In this document: piece by piece, positions 49,603-60,600 of the stretch
How the letters are laid out: each line of letters begins with the position of its first letter
Position numbering within the stretch: the stretch's first letter is position 1
Notes under the pieces: generated by a model
What the model was told of the DNA's origin: nothing
Database searches by the model: none
The model's input: only the letters and a program-made list of their open reading frames with translations
Made by a program: the position numbers and the translations under genes
NCBI GenBank assembly: GCA_026397045.1
Contig: JAPLVO010000009.1
Coordinates: forward strand, 1,548 to 65,547
Reading direction: 5' to 3'
DNA from: Patescibacteria group bacterium
Lineage (GTDB): Bacteria > Patescibacteriota > Saccharimonadia > CAILAD01 > BJGX01
Length of the DNA: 64,000 nucleotides

Positions 49603-50607
49603 TTATTTAGCTTTTTTATGCCTTGTGCGATCTACCTGGGGGTGACTAGCTCTGGGTGAGTAGTGCCTTGGACTAGCTGAGCCAGACTTTGCTGTTGGCG
49701 TTGCAAATATCATTTTGCCGGCCACCGTCTGGAATATCCTGGTGACTTCACACTCTACATCCTTACCTATCAGCTTATCTCCCTTATCGACAACTATCAT
49801 AGTACCATCTGGTAAATAACCAACTCCTTGGTTCTTTTCCTTACCACCCTGAACAACATTAACCTTCATAATTTCACCTGGCAGAACCACGGCTCTTATT
49901 GAATTAGCCAATTCATTGATATTTAGTATTTTAACACCCTCGATAGTAGCAACCCTATTTAAGTTATAATCTGTAGTTAAGATATTTGCGTCGTATTTTT
50001 TAGCTAGATATACCAGCTTATGGTCAACTTCCTTAACATCTTCGGGGTTGTCCTCGATAATTTCAAGGTGAAGATTATCGTTTAGCCTCATTTCATTGAG
50101 TATCTCTAAGCCACGCCTACCTCGTCCTCTGCGAAGCGGGTCCTCGCTATCGGCGATGTTTTGGAGCTCAGCCAATACGAATCGGGGAACAATAAGTGCG
50201 CCGGGTATAAAGCCAGTGGCAACAATATCTCCTATACGACCATCTATTATGGCTGAGGTATCAACCAGTATGCGTCGTTGATTTTTATCTAGCTTTAGAG
50301 GCTTGAGCTTATCATCCTTAGTTTTCTTATCGCCTTTTTTTGGTAGTAATGCGTCTAAAAATTCATGCTTAGAATAAAATAAAACTGCCATGAATATTGC
50401 CAAAAGAATTGTTACTACTGTTGGCAGATACTGCCCATAGGGATCAGAGAGAGCCGATATGGGGGTGGCTAGCAGGGATCCTATGAGGCTCCCAAATAGT
50501 GCACCAATCCCTACTAGTATTAGCTTTTGTGCGCTTAATTGAGCCAAGCGATAGGCGGCTAGAGCCGCTATTAGTGATAATGATAATATTAATTCTACTA
50601 TAAGCAT
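49603..50607 (-). CDS. PIN/TRAM-domain membrane protein (YacL-like)
   Basis: TM helices, DTSAIIDGRI, TTDYNLN and QGVGYLPDGTMIVV motifs. Confidence 0.9.
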   Translation of the reverse strand: MLIVELILSLSLIAALAAYRLAQLSAQKLILVGIGALFGSLIGSLLATPISALSDPYGQYLPTVVTILLAIFMAVLFYSKHEFLDALLPKKGDKKTKDDKLKPLKLDKNQRRILVDTSAIIDGRIGDIVATGFIPGALIVPRFVLAELQNIADSEDPLRRGRGRRGLEILNEMRLNDNLHLEIIEDNPEDVKEVDHKLVYLAKKYDANILTTDYNLNRVATIEGVKILNINELANSIRAVVLPGEIMKVNVVQGGKEKNQGVGYLPDGTMIVVDKGDKLIGKDVECEVTRIFQTVAGKMIFATPTAKSGSASPRHYSPRASHPQVDRTRHKKAK

Positions 50608-50620
50608 TTTTTTATATTCC

Positions 50621-51949
50621 TTACTTTAATGATTTTATTGCATCGGCAATTGTTCTAACCCCGATGCAGCCAGTTCCGCTGACGCTAGCTGGGACAATAG
50701 CCTTACCAAAACCTAACTTCTTGGCTTCCTTAAGCCTAATACTGGGCATATTTACAGATCTGATCTCACCACTAAGTCCAACTTCACCGAATACCACTGA
50801 CTCCGAATTGATTACTTTTCCGCTCGACGCGGATGCTATGGCCAAAATAATTGCTAGATCAATAGCTGGCTCAGATAGCCTGATACCACCAACGATATTA
50901 ACATAAACATCCTGACTACTCAAGTTGACCCTGCCTCTTTTTTGCATCACAGCGCATAGTAAGCCAAGCCGATTAATATCGAACCCATCTGCTACTCTCT
51001 TGGGGTACCCAAACACGCTCGGGCTTACAAGGGCTTGGACCTCCACTAATATTGGCCGGCTGCCCTCCATGCCAACATATATTACGCTACCTGGCAGCTC
51101 CTGCCTTTCTTGCAATAGTGCCTTGGATGGGTTACTGACTGCGGTTAGACCCCCCTCAGTCATCTCTAGCATGCCAATCTCATTTGTAGCACCAAATCTA
51201 TTTTTTACACCCCTAAGTAACTTTAGAAGGCCATATCTTTCACCTTCAAGGTATAGGACTACATCGACTAAATGCTCCATAAGCCTTGGGCCAGCTACAT
51301 TACCTTCTTTGGTAACATGGCCAATTATTATAAAGGAAGTATTCGTGCTTTTTGCGGCCCTAACCAGGCTATTGGTATTGTTTGTTATTTGGCTTGTCGT
51401 TCCGGCTGCCCCACTAAGTTCCTGGCTAGCCATCGTTTGGATTGAATCAACTACTATTAGTTGGTACTTACTAGATTCGGCATGAGACAGAACATCCTGG
51501 ATATCGGTCGTTGCCAAGAAATCGAAGTCTGTATGTAGCCCCTTGAGCCTGCTTCCTCTTAGCTTTACTTGCGATGCAGATTCCTCGCCGCTAATATAGA
51601 GAACCTTGTAGGACTTAGCTATCTCGGCAGCAATCTGTAATACTAGGGTAGACTTACCTATGCCCGGGTCGCCTGCCAATAACACTAAGCTACCAGGCAC
51701 AATACCACCCCCTAATACGGAATCTATCTCGATGTTACCTGTGCTAATTCGGCTTTTACCAGAAGATGAAATTTCATCGAATTGTTCTGGCTGGTGAGCC
51801 TGACTGACAGATGACCTAGATTTTAATCCACCAAGCGAAACGGACTCAACTAGACTGTCCCAGGCGCCGCACTGCATACATTTGCCACCCCACTTACTAG
51901 TTATAGCGCCGCAGCTTTGGCAGGAGAATTGTTTTGTTGATTTGGCCAT
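50621..51949 (-). CDS. radA: DNA repair protein RadA/Sms
   Basis: C4 Zn finger, GDPGIGKSTL, KNRFG and Lon-like C-terminus; start at MAKST. Confidence 0.96.
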   Translation of the reverse strand: MAKSTKQFSCQSCGAITSKWGGKCMQCGAWDSLVESVSLGGLKSRSSVSQAHQPEQFDEISSSGKSRISTGNIEIDSVLGGGIVPGSLVLLAGDPGIGKSTLVLQIAAEIAKSYKVLYISGEESASQVKLRGSRLKGLHTDFDFLATTDIQDVLSHAESSKYQLIVVDSIQTMASQELSGAAGTTSQITNNTNSLVRAAKSTNTSFIIIGHVTKEGNVAGPRLMEHLVDVVLYLEGERYGLLKLLRGVKNRFGATNEIGMLEMTEGGLTAVSNPSKALLQERQELPGSVIYVGMEGSRPILVEVQALVSPSVFGYPKRVADGFDINRLGLLCAVMQKRGRVNLSSQDVYVNIVGGIRLSEPAIDLAIILAIASASSGKVINSESVVFGEVGLSGEIRSVNMPSIRLKEAKKLGFGKAIVPASVSGTGCIGVRTIADAIKSLK

Positions 51950-51955
51950 AGTTAA

Positions 51956-51994
51956 AGTATACACCCCTTTTAATATACGAACAATCTACGAACA
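51956..51994 (-). promoter_or_regulatory. radA promoter with overlapping TGTTCGTA direct repeat
   Basis: TTGTTC-N17-TATACT; tacgaaca at 51976-83 and 51987-94. Confidence 0.55.
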
Positions 51995-51997
51995 GAC

Positions 51998-54466
51998 TTA
52001 GGAGGCTCTTACCTTAAGCTCTACCAGCCCATCTTTCGCCGATACTTCTACGATATCACCGGGCTTGATCATGCCATCGACAATTTCCGTAGCGAGCTTG
52101 TCCTCTATTAGCCTTTGGACTGCTCGTTTCATAGGCCTTGCGCCATTTTCCATGTCGTAACCCTGCTCTAAGAGCAATTTCTTAACACCAGGCTTGAACT
52201 TTAACTTTACTTCTTTAGCATCGAGCCTATTAGCTAAGTCCTTTAACTGTAAATCGGCTATTTTCTCGATGTCGATTCTCGATAGCGCTTTAAACACGAC
52301 AACATGATCCACCCTATTTAGGAATTCTGGCCTAAACTGTTTTTTAAGTTGCTTCGTGATCTTTGCTGTCATTTGCCGATGTATCTGCTTTAGGTGCCTC
52401 TCTTCTTTGGGTGTATCTGTAGCGAAGCCGATTTCAGCTTCCTGGGCTAATACTTTCGCACCGACATTACTTGTCATTATTATTATGGTATTCGTAAAAT
52501 CAACTTTTTTACCTTTAGCATCTGTGAGCACACCATCCTCTAGGACCTGCAAGAGTATATTGAATATATCTGGGTGGGCTTTCTCTATTTCGTCAAACAA
52601 GACAAGGCTATATGGCCTGCGTCTTACTTTTTCTGTTAGCTGGCCAGCGTCCTCATACCCAACATAACCTGCGGGAGCCCCTACCAGACGAGACATATTA
52701 TGCTTCTCCATGAACTCACTCATGTCTACCTTTATCATGGCGTCTTTGTCGTCAAATAGCTCTTGAGACAATACCCTTGCGAGTTCTGTCTTCCCGACTC
52801 CAGTTGGCCCAAGGAACATAAAAGACCCAATTGGCTTAGATGGGTCGCTAATGCCAGTTCGATTGCGGCGAATAGCCTTTGCAATTAAATCTACAGCCTC
52901 GTCTTGGCCGATGACCTTAGATTTAATTGATTCATCTAGGTTTTTTAGGGTGTCGGTCTCGAACTTGACTAGCTTGGCAATCGGTATCCCGGTTGACTGA
53001 GCAACAACCTTGGCGATGTCATTAGCTCCGACCTGAACTTTAGCTATTTTATTATTCTTAGATTCCGCCTCATTGAGTTTTTGCTCTATAACACTAGCCT
53101 CTGATTTGAGCCTAGCGGCCTGTTCGAAGTCCTGATTGTAGACGGCATCATCAATCTGTATCAAAACCTTTTCAAGCTGCTTGGATAAATTTTTGCCGCG
53201 ACCGTCAGTACTAGATCGCGATATTCTTGCCTGGGATGAAGCCTCATCCATTAAGTCAATTGCTTTGTCTGGAAGGAACCTGTCGGCTATATAGCGTTTA
53301 GCTAACTTTGCAGCTTCTTCTATGGCTTCATCTGATATTTTTACACGATGGAATTTTTCGTATCTGGGCCTTAAGCCCATCATAACTTCGATGGTTTCCT
53401 CAACCGTTGCCTCAGGAACTATGATAGGCTGGAATCTCCTCTCCAGCGCAGTATCCTTTTCTATGTACTTTCGATACTCATCCAAAGTAGTGGCTCCTAT
53501 TGTCTGGACCTCGCCACGAGATAGCGCAGGCTTTAGTATATTGGCAGCATCTATAGCCCCCTCAGCGCTTCCAGCACCTACTACATTATGAAGTTCATCG
53601 ATAAATAATATCACATCTTTAGATGCCTTAACTTCATCTATTATCTTCTTAAGTCTTTCTTCGAACTCTCCGCGAAACTTTGTGCCCGCTATAACAGATG
53701 CCATATCGAGCATCATTAGCCTTTTACCAATAAGCATCTCGGGAACTTTTTCGTCCACTATTCTCTTGGCTAGGCCTTCGACTATAGCAGTTTTACCAAC
53801 ACCTGGCTCTCCTATTAGAACTGGGTTGTTCTTGCTGCGCCGATTTAGTATTTGAATCATTCGGTCTATCTGAACTCCCCTGCCGATAACTGGGTCTAGG
53901 GACCCCTTAGAGGCTTTCTCGGTCAGATCAATACCAAAATGGTCAAGCGCTGGTGTCTTGGTTTGCTTGGAGCCTTTTCTGGCACTACTAGATTGTGGTA
54001 TCTCAACCTGTGAGGGTTGGGAGTTGAGGTACTCTTCGAGCTCAGCCCGAACGGTACCTGGAGCCACCTGCATATCTTTCAAAATAGTAATAGCTCTAGA
54101 ATTTTTTTGGCTCAAGATTGCAAAAAGCAAGTGCTCTGTTCCGGCGTATGGCTGGCCATATTGCTGGGCAATGCGCAGAGCAGAAGTTATGGTTTGTTTG
54201 GCTGTTTCGGAAAGCTCAATAGCGTTAGCGTGGGTGGATGTCTGGATGCTATGCTTTGGGCTAATTGGAACATTATCTATCCTAACCCCCATATCGGAAA
54301 GTAATCTAGCGCCAATGGAGCTTTGGGCTTTTAGCATCCCCAGCAAAAGATGCTCGGTACCTATATAGTTAGAGTCCATATTTATCGCTAAGAGGCCAGC
54401 ATTCTCCAGGCTCTTTCTTGCGTTTAGAGTGAATCTATCAAAGTGGCTTAAAAAATCTTCTTGCAT
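51998..54466 (-). CDS. clpC: ATP-dependent Clp protease ATPase ClpC
   Basis: Clp N repeats, two AAA+ modules (GEPGVGKT and GPTGVGKT) and a UVR middle domain. Confidence 0.93.
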   Translation of the reverse strand: MQEDFLSHFDRFTLNARKSLENAGLLAINMDSNYIGTEHLLLGMLKAQSSIGARLLSDMGVRIDNVPISPKHSIQTSTHANAIELSETAKQTITSALRIAQQYGQPYAGTEHLLFAILSQKNSRAITILKDMQVAPGTVRAELEEYLNSQPSQVEIPQSSSARKGSKQTKTPALDHFGIDLTEKASKGSLDPVIGRGVQIDRMIQILNRRSKNNPVLIGEPGVGKTAIVEGLAKRIVDEKVPEMLIGKRLMMLDMASVIAGTKFRGEFEERLKKIIDEVKASKDVILFIDELHNVVGAGSAEGAIDAANILKPALSRGEVQTIGATTLDEYRKYIEKDTALERRFQPIIVPEATVEETIEVMMGLRPRYEKFHRVKISDEAIEEAAKLAKRYIADRFLPDKAIDLMDEASSQARISRSSTDGRGKNLSKQLEKVLIQIDDAVYNQDFEQAARLKSEASVIEQKLNEAESKNNKIAKVQVGANDIAKVVAQSTGIPIAKLVKFETDTLKNLDESIKSKVIGQDEAVDLIAKAIRRNRTGISDPSKPIGSFMFLGPTGVGKTELARVLSQELFDDKDAMIKVDMSEFMEKHNMSRLVGAPAGYVGYEDAGQLTEKVRRRPYSLVLFDEIEKAHPDIFNILLQVLEDGVLTDAKGKKVDFTNTIIIMTSNVGAKVLAQEAEIGFATDTPKEERHLKQIHRQMTAKITKQLKKQFRPEFLNRVDHVVVFKALSRIDIEKIADLQLKDLANRLDAKEVKLKFKPGVKKLLLEQGYDMENGARPMKRAVQRLIEDKLATEIVDGMIKPGDIVEVSAKDGLVELKVRAS

Positions 54467-54507
54467 TGCTCTTGTCCTTTCTTACATCTTACCAAAGTTT
54501 TAGGTTT

Positions 54508-55701
54508 TTAGCTGCCTTTCGGGCTGCCTTGTGGCTTTTCTTCGGAGGTAGAATCTGGCTCTGGAGTTGCCTCAGAATCGCTGATTGCTGAAATCAAAGA
54601 CTCCTCAATGTCGGCAGTCTTTTTAGGCTTAGGCTGATCTTGGATTTCCTTAGCGGTCTGCTCTATGCCAGAATCATCTGAGCCATCTATATCCACATTC
54701 CATCCAGTCAGCTTGGCAGCCAATCTAACATTTTGGCCAGCCTTGCCGATTGCTAGACTCAGCTGATCCTCGGGGACCTTTACTAGGGCTTTTTTATTTT
54801 CTGCGTCAATCTTGACACTTATGACCTTAGTTGGCGATAGAGCGTTGGTAATATATTCCGCAGGGTCATCGCTATAGGCTATTATATCTATTTTTTCTTC
54901 ACCGAGCTCACTCATCACGGACTGGACCCTACTGCCTCGACCACCCACAAATGTGCCTACTGGGTCTACACCATCAGAGTTTGACTTTACGGCTATCTTG
55001 GTTCGAGCCCCAGCCTCTCTAGCAATATCCGCGATCTCAACATTGCCATTTTCTATTTCTGGCACCTCCAGCTCAAATAATCTGCGCACCATATCAGGGT
55101 GCGTCCTGCTTACAACGATCTGAGGACCACGGCTGGTTTGTTCGGCTCTGACCACGAATACCTTTACCTTTTGCCCTGGATAGTACTTTTCATTTGGGAT
55201 CTGGTCATTAGGGAACATAACACCGGTTGCTCTGCCTAAATCAATATATACATTCCCATTCTCAAAGCGCTGCACTATAGCATTAATCAGCAAGCCCTCT
55301 TTATCGCTAAATTCACTAAATACTACATCGCGCTCGGCCTCTCTGATGCGCTGCACAATAACCTGCTTAGCTGTCTGGGCCGCTACTCTACCAAATTCTT
55401 TACTCTCCTCTTTAAGCTCGAGCATATCTTCGACTTTGGCATCTTTTTTAATTTTCTTAGCATCTGCCAAAGATATTTGAACCATTGGGTCTTCGACCTG
55501 TTCAGTCACTTCCTTGGTAATATAAATTGTTGCTTCGCCATTATCGTTGTTTAGTTCGGCCCTAACTTCTTGCTCTTTATCACCGAAGTCTTTTTTGTAG
55601 GCTGCTACAATAGCGGCCGATATAGCTTCCAGCACCATATCTTTAGATACGCCCTTCTCTTCACATATTTGTTCTATTGCTGATAAAAATTGATTTTGCA
55701 T
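54508..55701 (-). CDS. nusA: Transcription factor NusA
   Basis: FGRVAAQTAKQ, AREAG.RTK and AIGK.GQNVRLAA motifs. Confidence 0.97.
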   Translation of the reverse strand: MQNQFLSAIEQICEEKGVSKDMVLEAISAAIVAAYKKDFGDKEQEVRAELNNDNGEATIYITKEVTEQVEDPMVQISLADAKKIKKDAKVEDMLELKEESKEFGRVAAQTAKQVIVQRIREAERDVVFSEFSDKEGLLINAIVQRFENGNVYIDLGRATGVMFPNDQIPNEKYYPGQKVKVFVVRAEQTSRGPQIVVSRTHPDMVRRLFELEVPEIENGNVEIADIAREAGARTKIAVKSNSDGVDPVGTFVGGRGSRVQSVMSELGEEKIDIIAYSDDPAEYITNALSPTKVISVKIDAENKKALVKVPEDQLSLAIGKAGQNVRLAAKLTGWNVDIDGSDDSGIEQTAKEIQDQPKPKKTADIEESLISAISDSEATPEPDSTSEEKPQGSPKGS

Positions 55702-55749
55702 AATTCTCCTATTAAGATGTTATTAAGTTGTACTGCAGTCCCTCTGAAC

Positions 55750-55839
55750 AAAAAAGCCGGCACTTCAAAGAGGCAACCGACTAAGTTATTTAATACAGAC
55801 TATGACACTATTTTAGTACCAATAGCAGGTATATGTCAA
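55750..55839 (-). promoter_or_regulatory. nusA promoter and leader terminator (attenuator)
   Basis: TTGACA-N18-TAAAAT, then AGTCGG...CCGGCT-TTTTT hairpin at 55750-55782. Confidence 0.6.
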
Positions 55840-55851
55840 TAGCAGCTGATG

Positions 55852-56202
55852 CTAATTAACTGCGTCTAGGATGTGCTCGATAGCTCCTTGGCCATCCACC
55901 GATATAACATCTAGCCTTGGCTGTAATGATTCGGGCTGAGGATTGATAGATAGCCAATATTGAGCTGCATTCCTGAGCCGCCTTTGCTTATCTTTTGAGA
56001 TAGCCGACAGGCCGCCGCCAAAGCCCGAATTGCTTCTATATTTAACCTCCACAAAGCAAATATACTCAACATTTTGAGCAATTATATCGATTTCACTAAA
56101 TCTATTGCGGTAATTCCTTTCAATAATGCTATAGCCGATACTAGCTAAATACTCGGCTGCTAATGCCTCTGCCTTGAGCCCAATGGCAGTAGTATTTTTC
56201 AT
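55852..56202 (-). CDS. YraN/UPF0102 family protein
   Basis: G..AE..A..YL, EIDIIA, FVEVKYR and RLDVI motifs. Confidence 0.92.
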   Translation of the reverse strand: MKNTTAIGLKAEALAAEYLASIGYSIIERNYRNRFSEIDIIAQNVEYICFVEVKYRSNSGFGGGLSAISKDKQRRLRNAAQYWLSINPQPESLQPRLDVISVDGQGAIEHILDAVN

Positions 56203-56807
56203 AGATACTTTCCGCAGAAGCTAATTCGGTGGAGATCAGTTATACCAATACTCCTAATTGTAGTTATGTGCTGATTTGTGCCATAGCCAACATTATTGCG
56301 GAGCCCATAGCCTGGATATAAATTATCCTGCTCATGCATAAACTCATCTCTTGCGAACTTAGCGACTATACTAGCAGCCGCAACACAGGCAACCTTAGTG
56401 TCTGCCTTAACTACCGATACTGCGCACGAGTAATCATCCAGATAGTTATAATTGCCATCTAAAATAGCTATACTAAATTCTACCTCCATGCCCTCTAGGG
56501 CTCTTTCGTAGGCTAGTACCACCGCTCTTGTAAGACCTATTTGATCTATCTCTACATTACTTACCCAACCCAAGCCATACGCCACAGATTCTTTTCTAAT
56601 CAGGAAAGCCATTTCAGCCCTGCGCCTAGGACTTAGCAGCTTGGAGTCAGCCAATCTATAAGAGAAGCTACTAGGCAATATCACAGCTCCAGCAACCAGT
56701 GGGCCAGCTAAGGAGCCTCTCCCCACCTCATCTATTCCAGCTATAAGATTATAACCTTGCCGTCTAAGGGTGTTTTCGAGTCTTTTTGTTGCCATTGGTA
56801 TCATCAA
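56199..56807 (-). CDS. rnhB: Ribonuclease HII
   Basis: GIDEVGRG.LAGP, DSK and AASIVAK..RD motifs. Confidence 0.95.
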   Translation of the reverse strand: MMIPMATKRLENTLRRQGYNLIAGIDEVGRGSLAGPLVAGAVILPSSFSYRLADSKLLSPRRRAEMAFLIRKESVAYGLGWVSNVEIDQIGLTRAVVLAYERALEGMEVEFSIAILDGNYNYLDDYSCAVSVVKADTKVACVAAASIVAKFARDEFMHEQDNLYPGYGLRNNVGYGTNQHITTIRSIGITDLHRISFCGKYL

Positions 56808-56861
56808 GCCCCCTCTATGATTAAAACTACTGCATGCTTGCTTTAAGCAATAGCTTATAAT

Positions 56862-56911
56862 TATCAGTAATTAAAAAATGGCCTCACTAGGCCATTTTTT
56901 AATTACTGATA
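56862..56911. terminator. Perfect 23-bp inverted repeat after rplS
   Basis: tatcagtaattaaaaaatggcct-cact-aggccattttttaattactgata. Confidence 0.8.
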
Positions 56912-56929
56912 GCTGTGATAGCCAGCCTA

Positions 56930-57577
56930 CTATTTCTTCTCGGCCTTATCAATGCCTGCTTCAAATTCTTCAGCTGGGAGCTGAGCCTCATCCTGCCCGT
57001 CAGTATTGATCTTTTCATCTGCAGGCTTGGATTTAGGTGCTTCGTCATTGCTAGGGTCATCACTAGAGGCTTGCTTGTTTTCTTTCTTTGCTAGATCTTC
57101 GGTACTCTCATCTACTTGGTTTAGCTCATCGTTATTTTCCGATACTACCGAGCCATCGATCTTCGGCTGATCCTCTTTAGTAATTTCAGGCTGGATGCGG
57201 TCGTCGGCGTCGTTGACGGCATTTCTGTCAAAGTCTTGCTCTGCCATACGGGCAGACTTACCAGATCTAGATCGCATATAGCTGAGTACTGCTCTTCGAA
57301 CTTTACTCCTCTTTGTGATTTGTATTTTAACAACATTAGGGCTGTGTACGAACCAACTCTTTTCTACTCCAACACCAGATGCTACCTTTCGGACGGTGAT
57401 AAATGCTCCTACGCCACCAGTTCTGCGGAAGCTAATAACTAGCCCCTCGAAAATCTGAATGCGCTCTTTCTTGCCCTCTGTGATTCTTTGGTGCACTCGA
57501 ACAGTATCCCCGGCTCTAATGTCGGCGATCTTCTGCTTTACGGAGCTCTTTTCTATGGCTGATAGGGCTTCTTGCAT
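56930..57577 (-). CDS. rplS: 50S ribosomal protein L19 with long acidic tail
   Basis: GDTVRV...EGKKERIQ.FEG and GVGVE motifs; about 95 extra D/E-rich residues. Confidence 0.95.
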   Translation of the reverse strand: MQEALSAIEKSSVKQKIADIRAGDTVRVHQRITEGKKERIQIFEGLVISFRRTGGVGAFITVRKVASGVGVEKSWFVHSPNVVKIQITKRSKVRRAVLSYMRSRSGKSARMAEQDFDRNAVNDADDRIQPEITKEDQPKIDGSVVSENNDELNQVDESTEDLAKKENKQASSDDPSNDEAPKSKPADEKINTDGQDEAQLPAEEFEAGIDKAEKK

Positions 57578-57634
57578 AACGAAACAATTCTAACATAGCG
57601 GGCTAGATCTGGCAATAGCTGGAGTAACCAGTGT

Positions 57635-60600
57635 CTAGCCAGCACTACTAGGAACTTCATCCTCCAAGACAACATTTCCAGACCCAGCTATTGAGGCTAG
57701 CGCTGATATCAGCTTATCGTCTACTAGAACCCTATTGGGCAATTTTAACTTTTGAGCCGATTTTACGAATTCGAGCGTTACTATGCTCTCCCCTGGGTGG
57801 GCATCCAGTAGATGCTTGATTCGCGTTAGCTCGGTAGTATCGTGTAGAGATTTAAGAATAATTGCTATGCTAGCGACATTTTTAGGGGCAGTTCTTTGCT
57901 TTGGAGCAAGCCATTTGCGGGCCGTGTCGGCGTTTAGGACTTTGGCATTATCAGCCATAACCTTCACTTCATCCGTTGGTCTTCCTTCGCGGTCCTTGGC
58001 ATTAACCTTTCCTATAACCTCAATAATATTGTCCAAAGCCCAAATACCCTCTTGCCTCTGGAAGGTTCGGGGAAACACAATTAATTCTATGTCACCATCG
58101 AGTGTCTCTAGGGTGACAAATGCCATTGGGTCATTGTTTTTGGTGTATATTTTACGCATGGCCGTAACAATTCCCCCGATAGCAATCTGCTTACCATCAT
58201 CCTGCTTGGTGAAATTCTTGATGGATTGGGTCTTGTGCTTCAGATAGTTTTTGAAATCATCCAGCGGATGAGTGCTCACATACAGACCTAGCAGTTCCTT
58301 TTCCCAAACCAGGTGTTGCCTAGGGTCGATCTTGCCGGAAGGTGAATCCATACTTATCGCAGGGATTTCTTCATGCAAATTAAGGGTGCCGAATATGTCA
58401 ATCTGGCCAGAGAGGGCATTTTTTTGGACTCGGCTAGCATAAGAAGTGACCTTGTCGACATTACAAAGCAGGGTATCTCTATCTCCAAGACTATCGAAAG
58501 CACCACACTTAATTAAGCTTTCCATTACTTTCTTATTTACAACAGTAGCATCTACCCTTTGGGCAAAATCTTCAACGGATTTAAAGTTACCTTCCTTTTC
58601 TCTAGCTTCTATAATCTTCTCTATTGGGCCACGACCAACATTTTTTACCGCTCCAAGGCCAAATCTTATATTTCCTGTCTTAGGTACCACCGCGAATTCC
58701 ATATATGACTCATTTATATGCGGTGGCAAAACCTCCAAGCCCATTTTGCGGCATTCTGCGACTTCGATTGCAATCCTATCTAGGTTGTCGTGATCACTAG
58801 TCAGCAGGGCTGCCATAAATGCAGATGGGTAGTGACTTTTCAGGAAGGCTGTCTGTACAGATATTAGGGCATAGCAAGCAGCATGGGACTTATTGAAGCT
58901 ATAGGCCGCGAAGTCCTCTAGGCCCTTCCAGAGGTCTTCTACGAATTTTTGCTCGGTATTAGATACGCTTATAGCGCCATCAATAAACTCCTTTTTCATC
59001 TTAGCCAAAACAGCTGGGTTTTTCTTTCCTATACCTTTGCGTAAAGTGTCTGCCTGGCCGCCCGTGAAACCACACAAGTCCTTGGCGATTTGCATCACCT
59101 GCTCCTGATATACGATGATGCCATATGTTTCTTTAAGGGCAGACTCCATCTTGGGGTGGCCATAAGCCACTAGCTTTGGGTTATGCTTTCGATTAATAAA
59201 ATCCTCAATCCATTGCATCGGGCCTGGTCTGTAGAGAGACACCATGGCTATAATATCTTCGAACTTATCAGGCTTTAAGTCTCTTAAATAACGCTTCATC
59301 CCAGCCGACTCTAGCTGGAATACTCCAGTTGTATCACCATTACTAAGCAGCTCGAATGTGCTTTTGTCATCAATCGGTATCTGATTTATATTTATTTCTT
59401 CGCCATATACCTTTTTAATAATTCTGAGGGCGTTCTTAATAACCGTTAGGTTAGATAGACCCAAGAAATCGAACTTCAAAAGGCCTAAGTCCTCTATCGG
59501 ATTCATAGAATATTGGGTGGCTATGCCCCCTTTGCTTGCTCTAGTTAATGGAGTGTACTCAACTAACGGCTCGGGCGCTATGACCACACCTGCGGCGTGC
59601 GTACCAGCATTTCTGATAGTCCCCTCGAGCTTTATAGCTATGTCGATAACTTCCTTAGCTCTCGGATTATTATTATATTCCGTTCTTAGCTCTGGGTTCT
59701 CTAGTATCGAAACTTTTAGGGGTATATGTCTACCCTGAACGGGTGCAGGAATACTCTTAGCTATAGCATCTACCTCGCCGTATGGCAGTCCTAATACTCT
59801 GCCTGTGTCGCGCACTGCGTTTCTGGCCGCCATCGTTCCGAAGGTGATTATCTGGGCTACTCTCTCTTGGCCATACTTTTGAGTTGCATATGCAATTACC
59901 TCCTCTCTCCTGTCGTCCGCGTAGTCCATATCTATATCTGGCATACTAATCCTTTCGGGGTTGAGAAACCTCTCGAAGAGTAAGCCGTATTTAATAGGAT
60001 TTATCTCGGTAATATTTGTGCAATATGCGATTATGCTACCTGCTGCGCTACCTCTGCCAGGGCCACATACTATACCTTGGTTCTTGCTCCAATTGATTAA
60101 ATCCGCCACAATTAGCATATAGCCTTCATAGCCCATTTGGGCTATCACCTTCAATTCATACTCAATCCTATCGAGAATGACGCTATCTAACTTTGGCGAT
60201 ACCTTATCCTCAGTCATTTTGTCTAAATTTCCCTCAGGGATGTCAGTAAACCTATTGGCAGCCCCCTGATAGACTAGTTTGCGTAAATAACTTTTTTCTG
60301 TTTCTCCTTTAGGGACGCTGGGAAAGGTGGGGATGAGTATTTTGCCTAGTTCGATCTCGATATTACACATTTTGGCTATCTTAAGGGTGTTGGTAATAGC
60401 CTCTGGACAATCTTTGAACCTATCGCGGAAGAAGCTACCAGGCTGAACCGATAAATCCATATCTAATTTCATCCGCCTAGGATCCTCCAATTTAGAGCCG
60501 GTCTGAACACAAAGCAATATATCGTGAGGGTAATGGTCGTCTACGGTTGAATAGTGGCAATCGCCAGTGGCTACCAAGCCTATAGACATCTGCTTAGCAA

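Noticed and set aside
10876-51964. Longer N-termini in the ORF track for rpsD, rpsH, rpmC, rplC, rpsL, rpoB and radA
   Set aside because: Homologous starts and SD or -10 positions favour the downstream ATGs.
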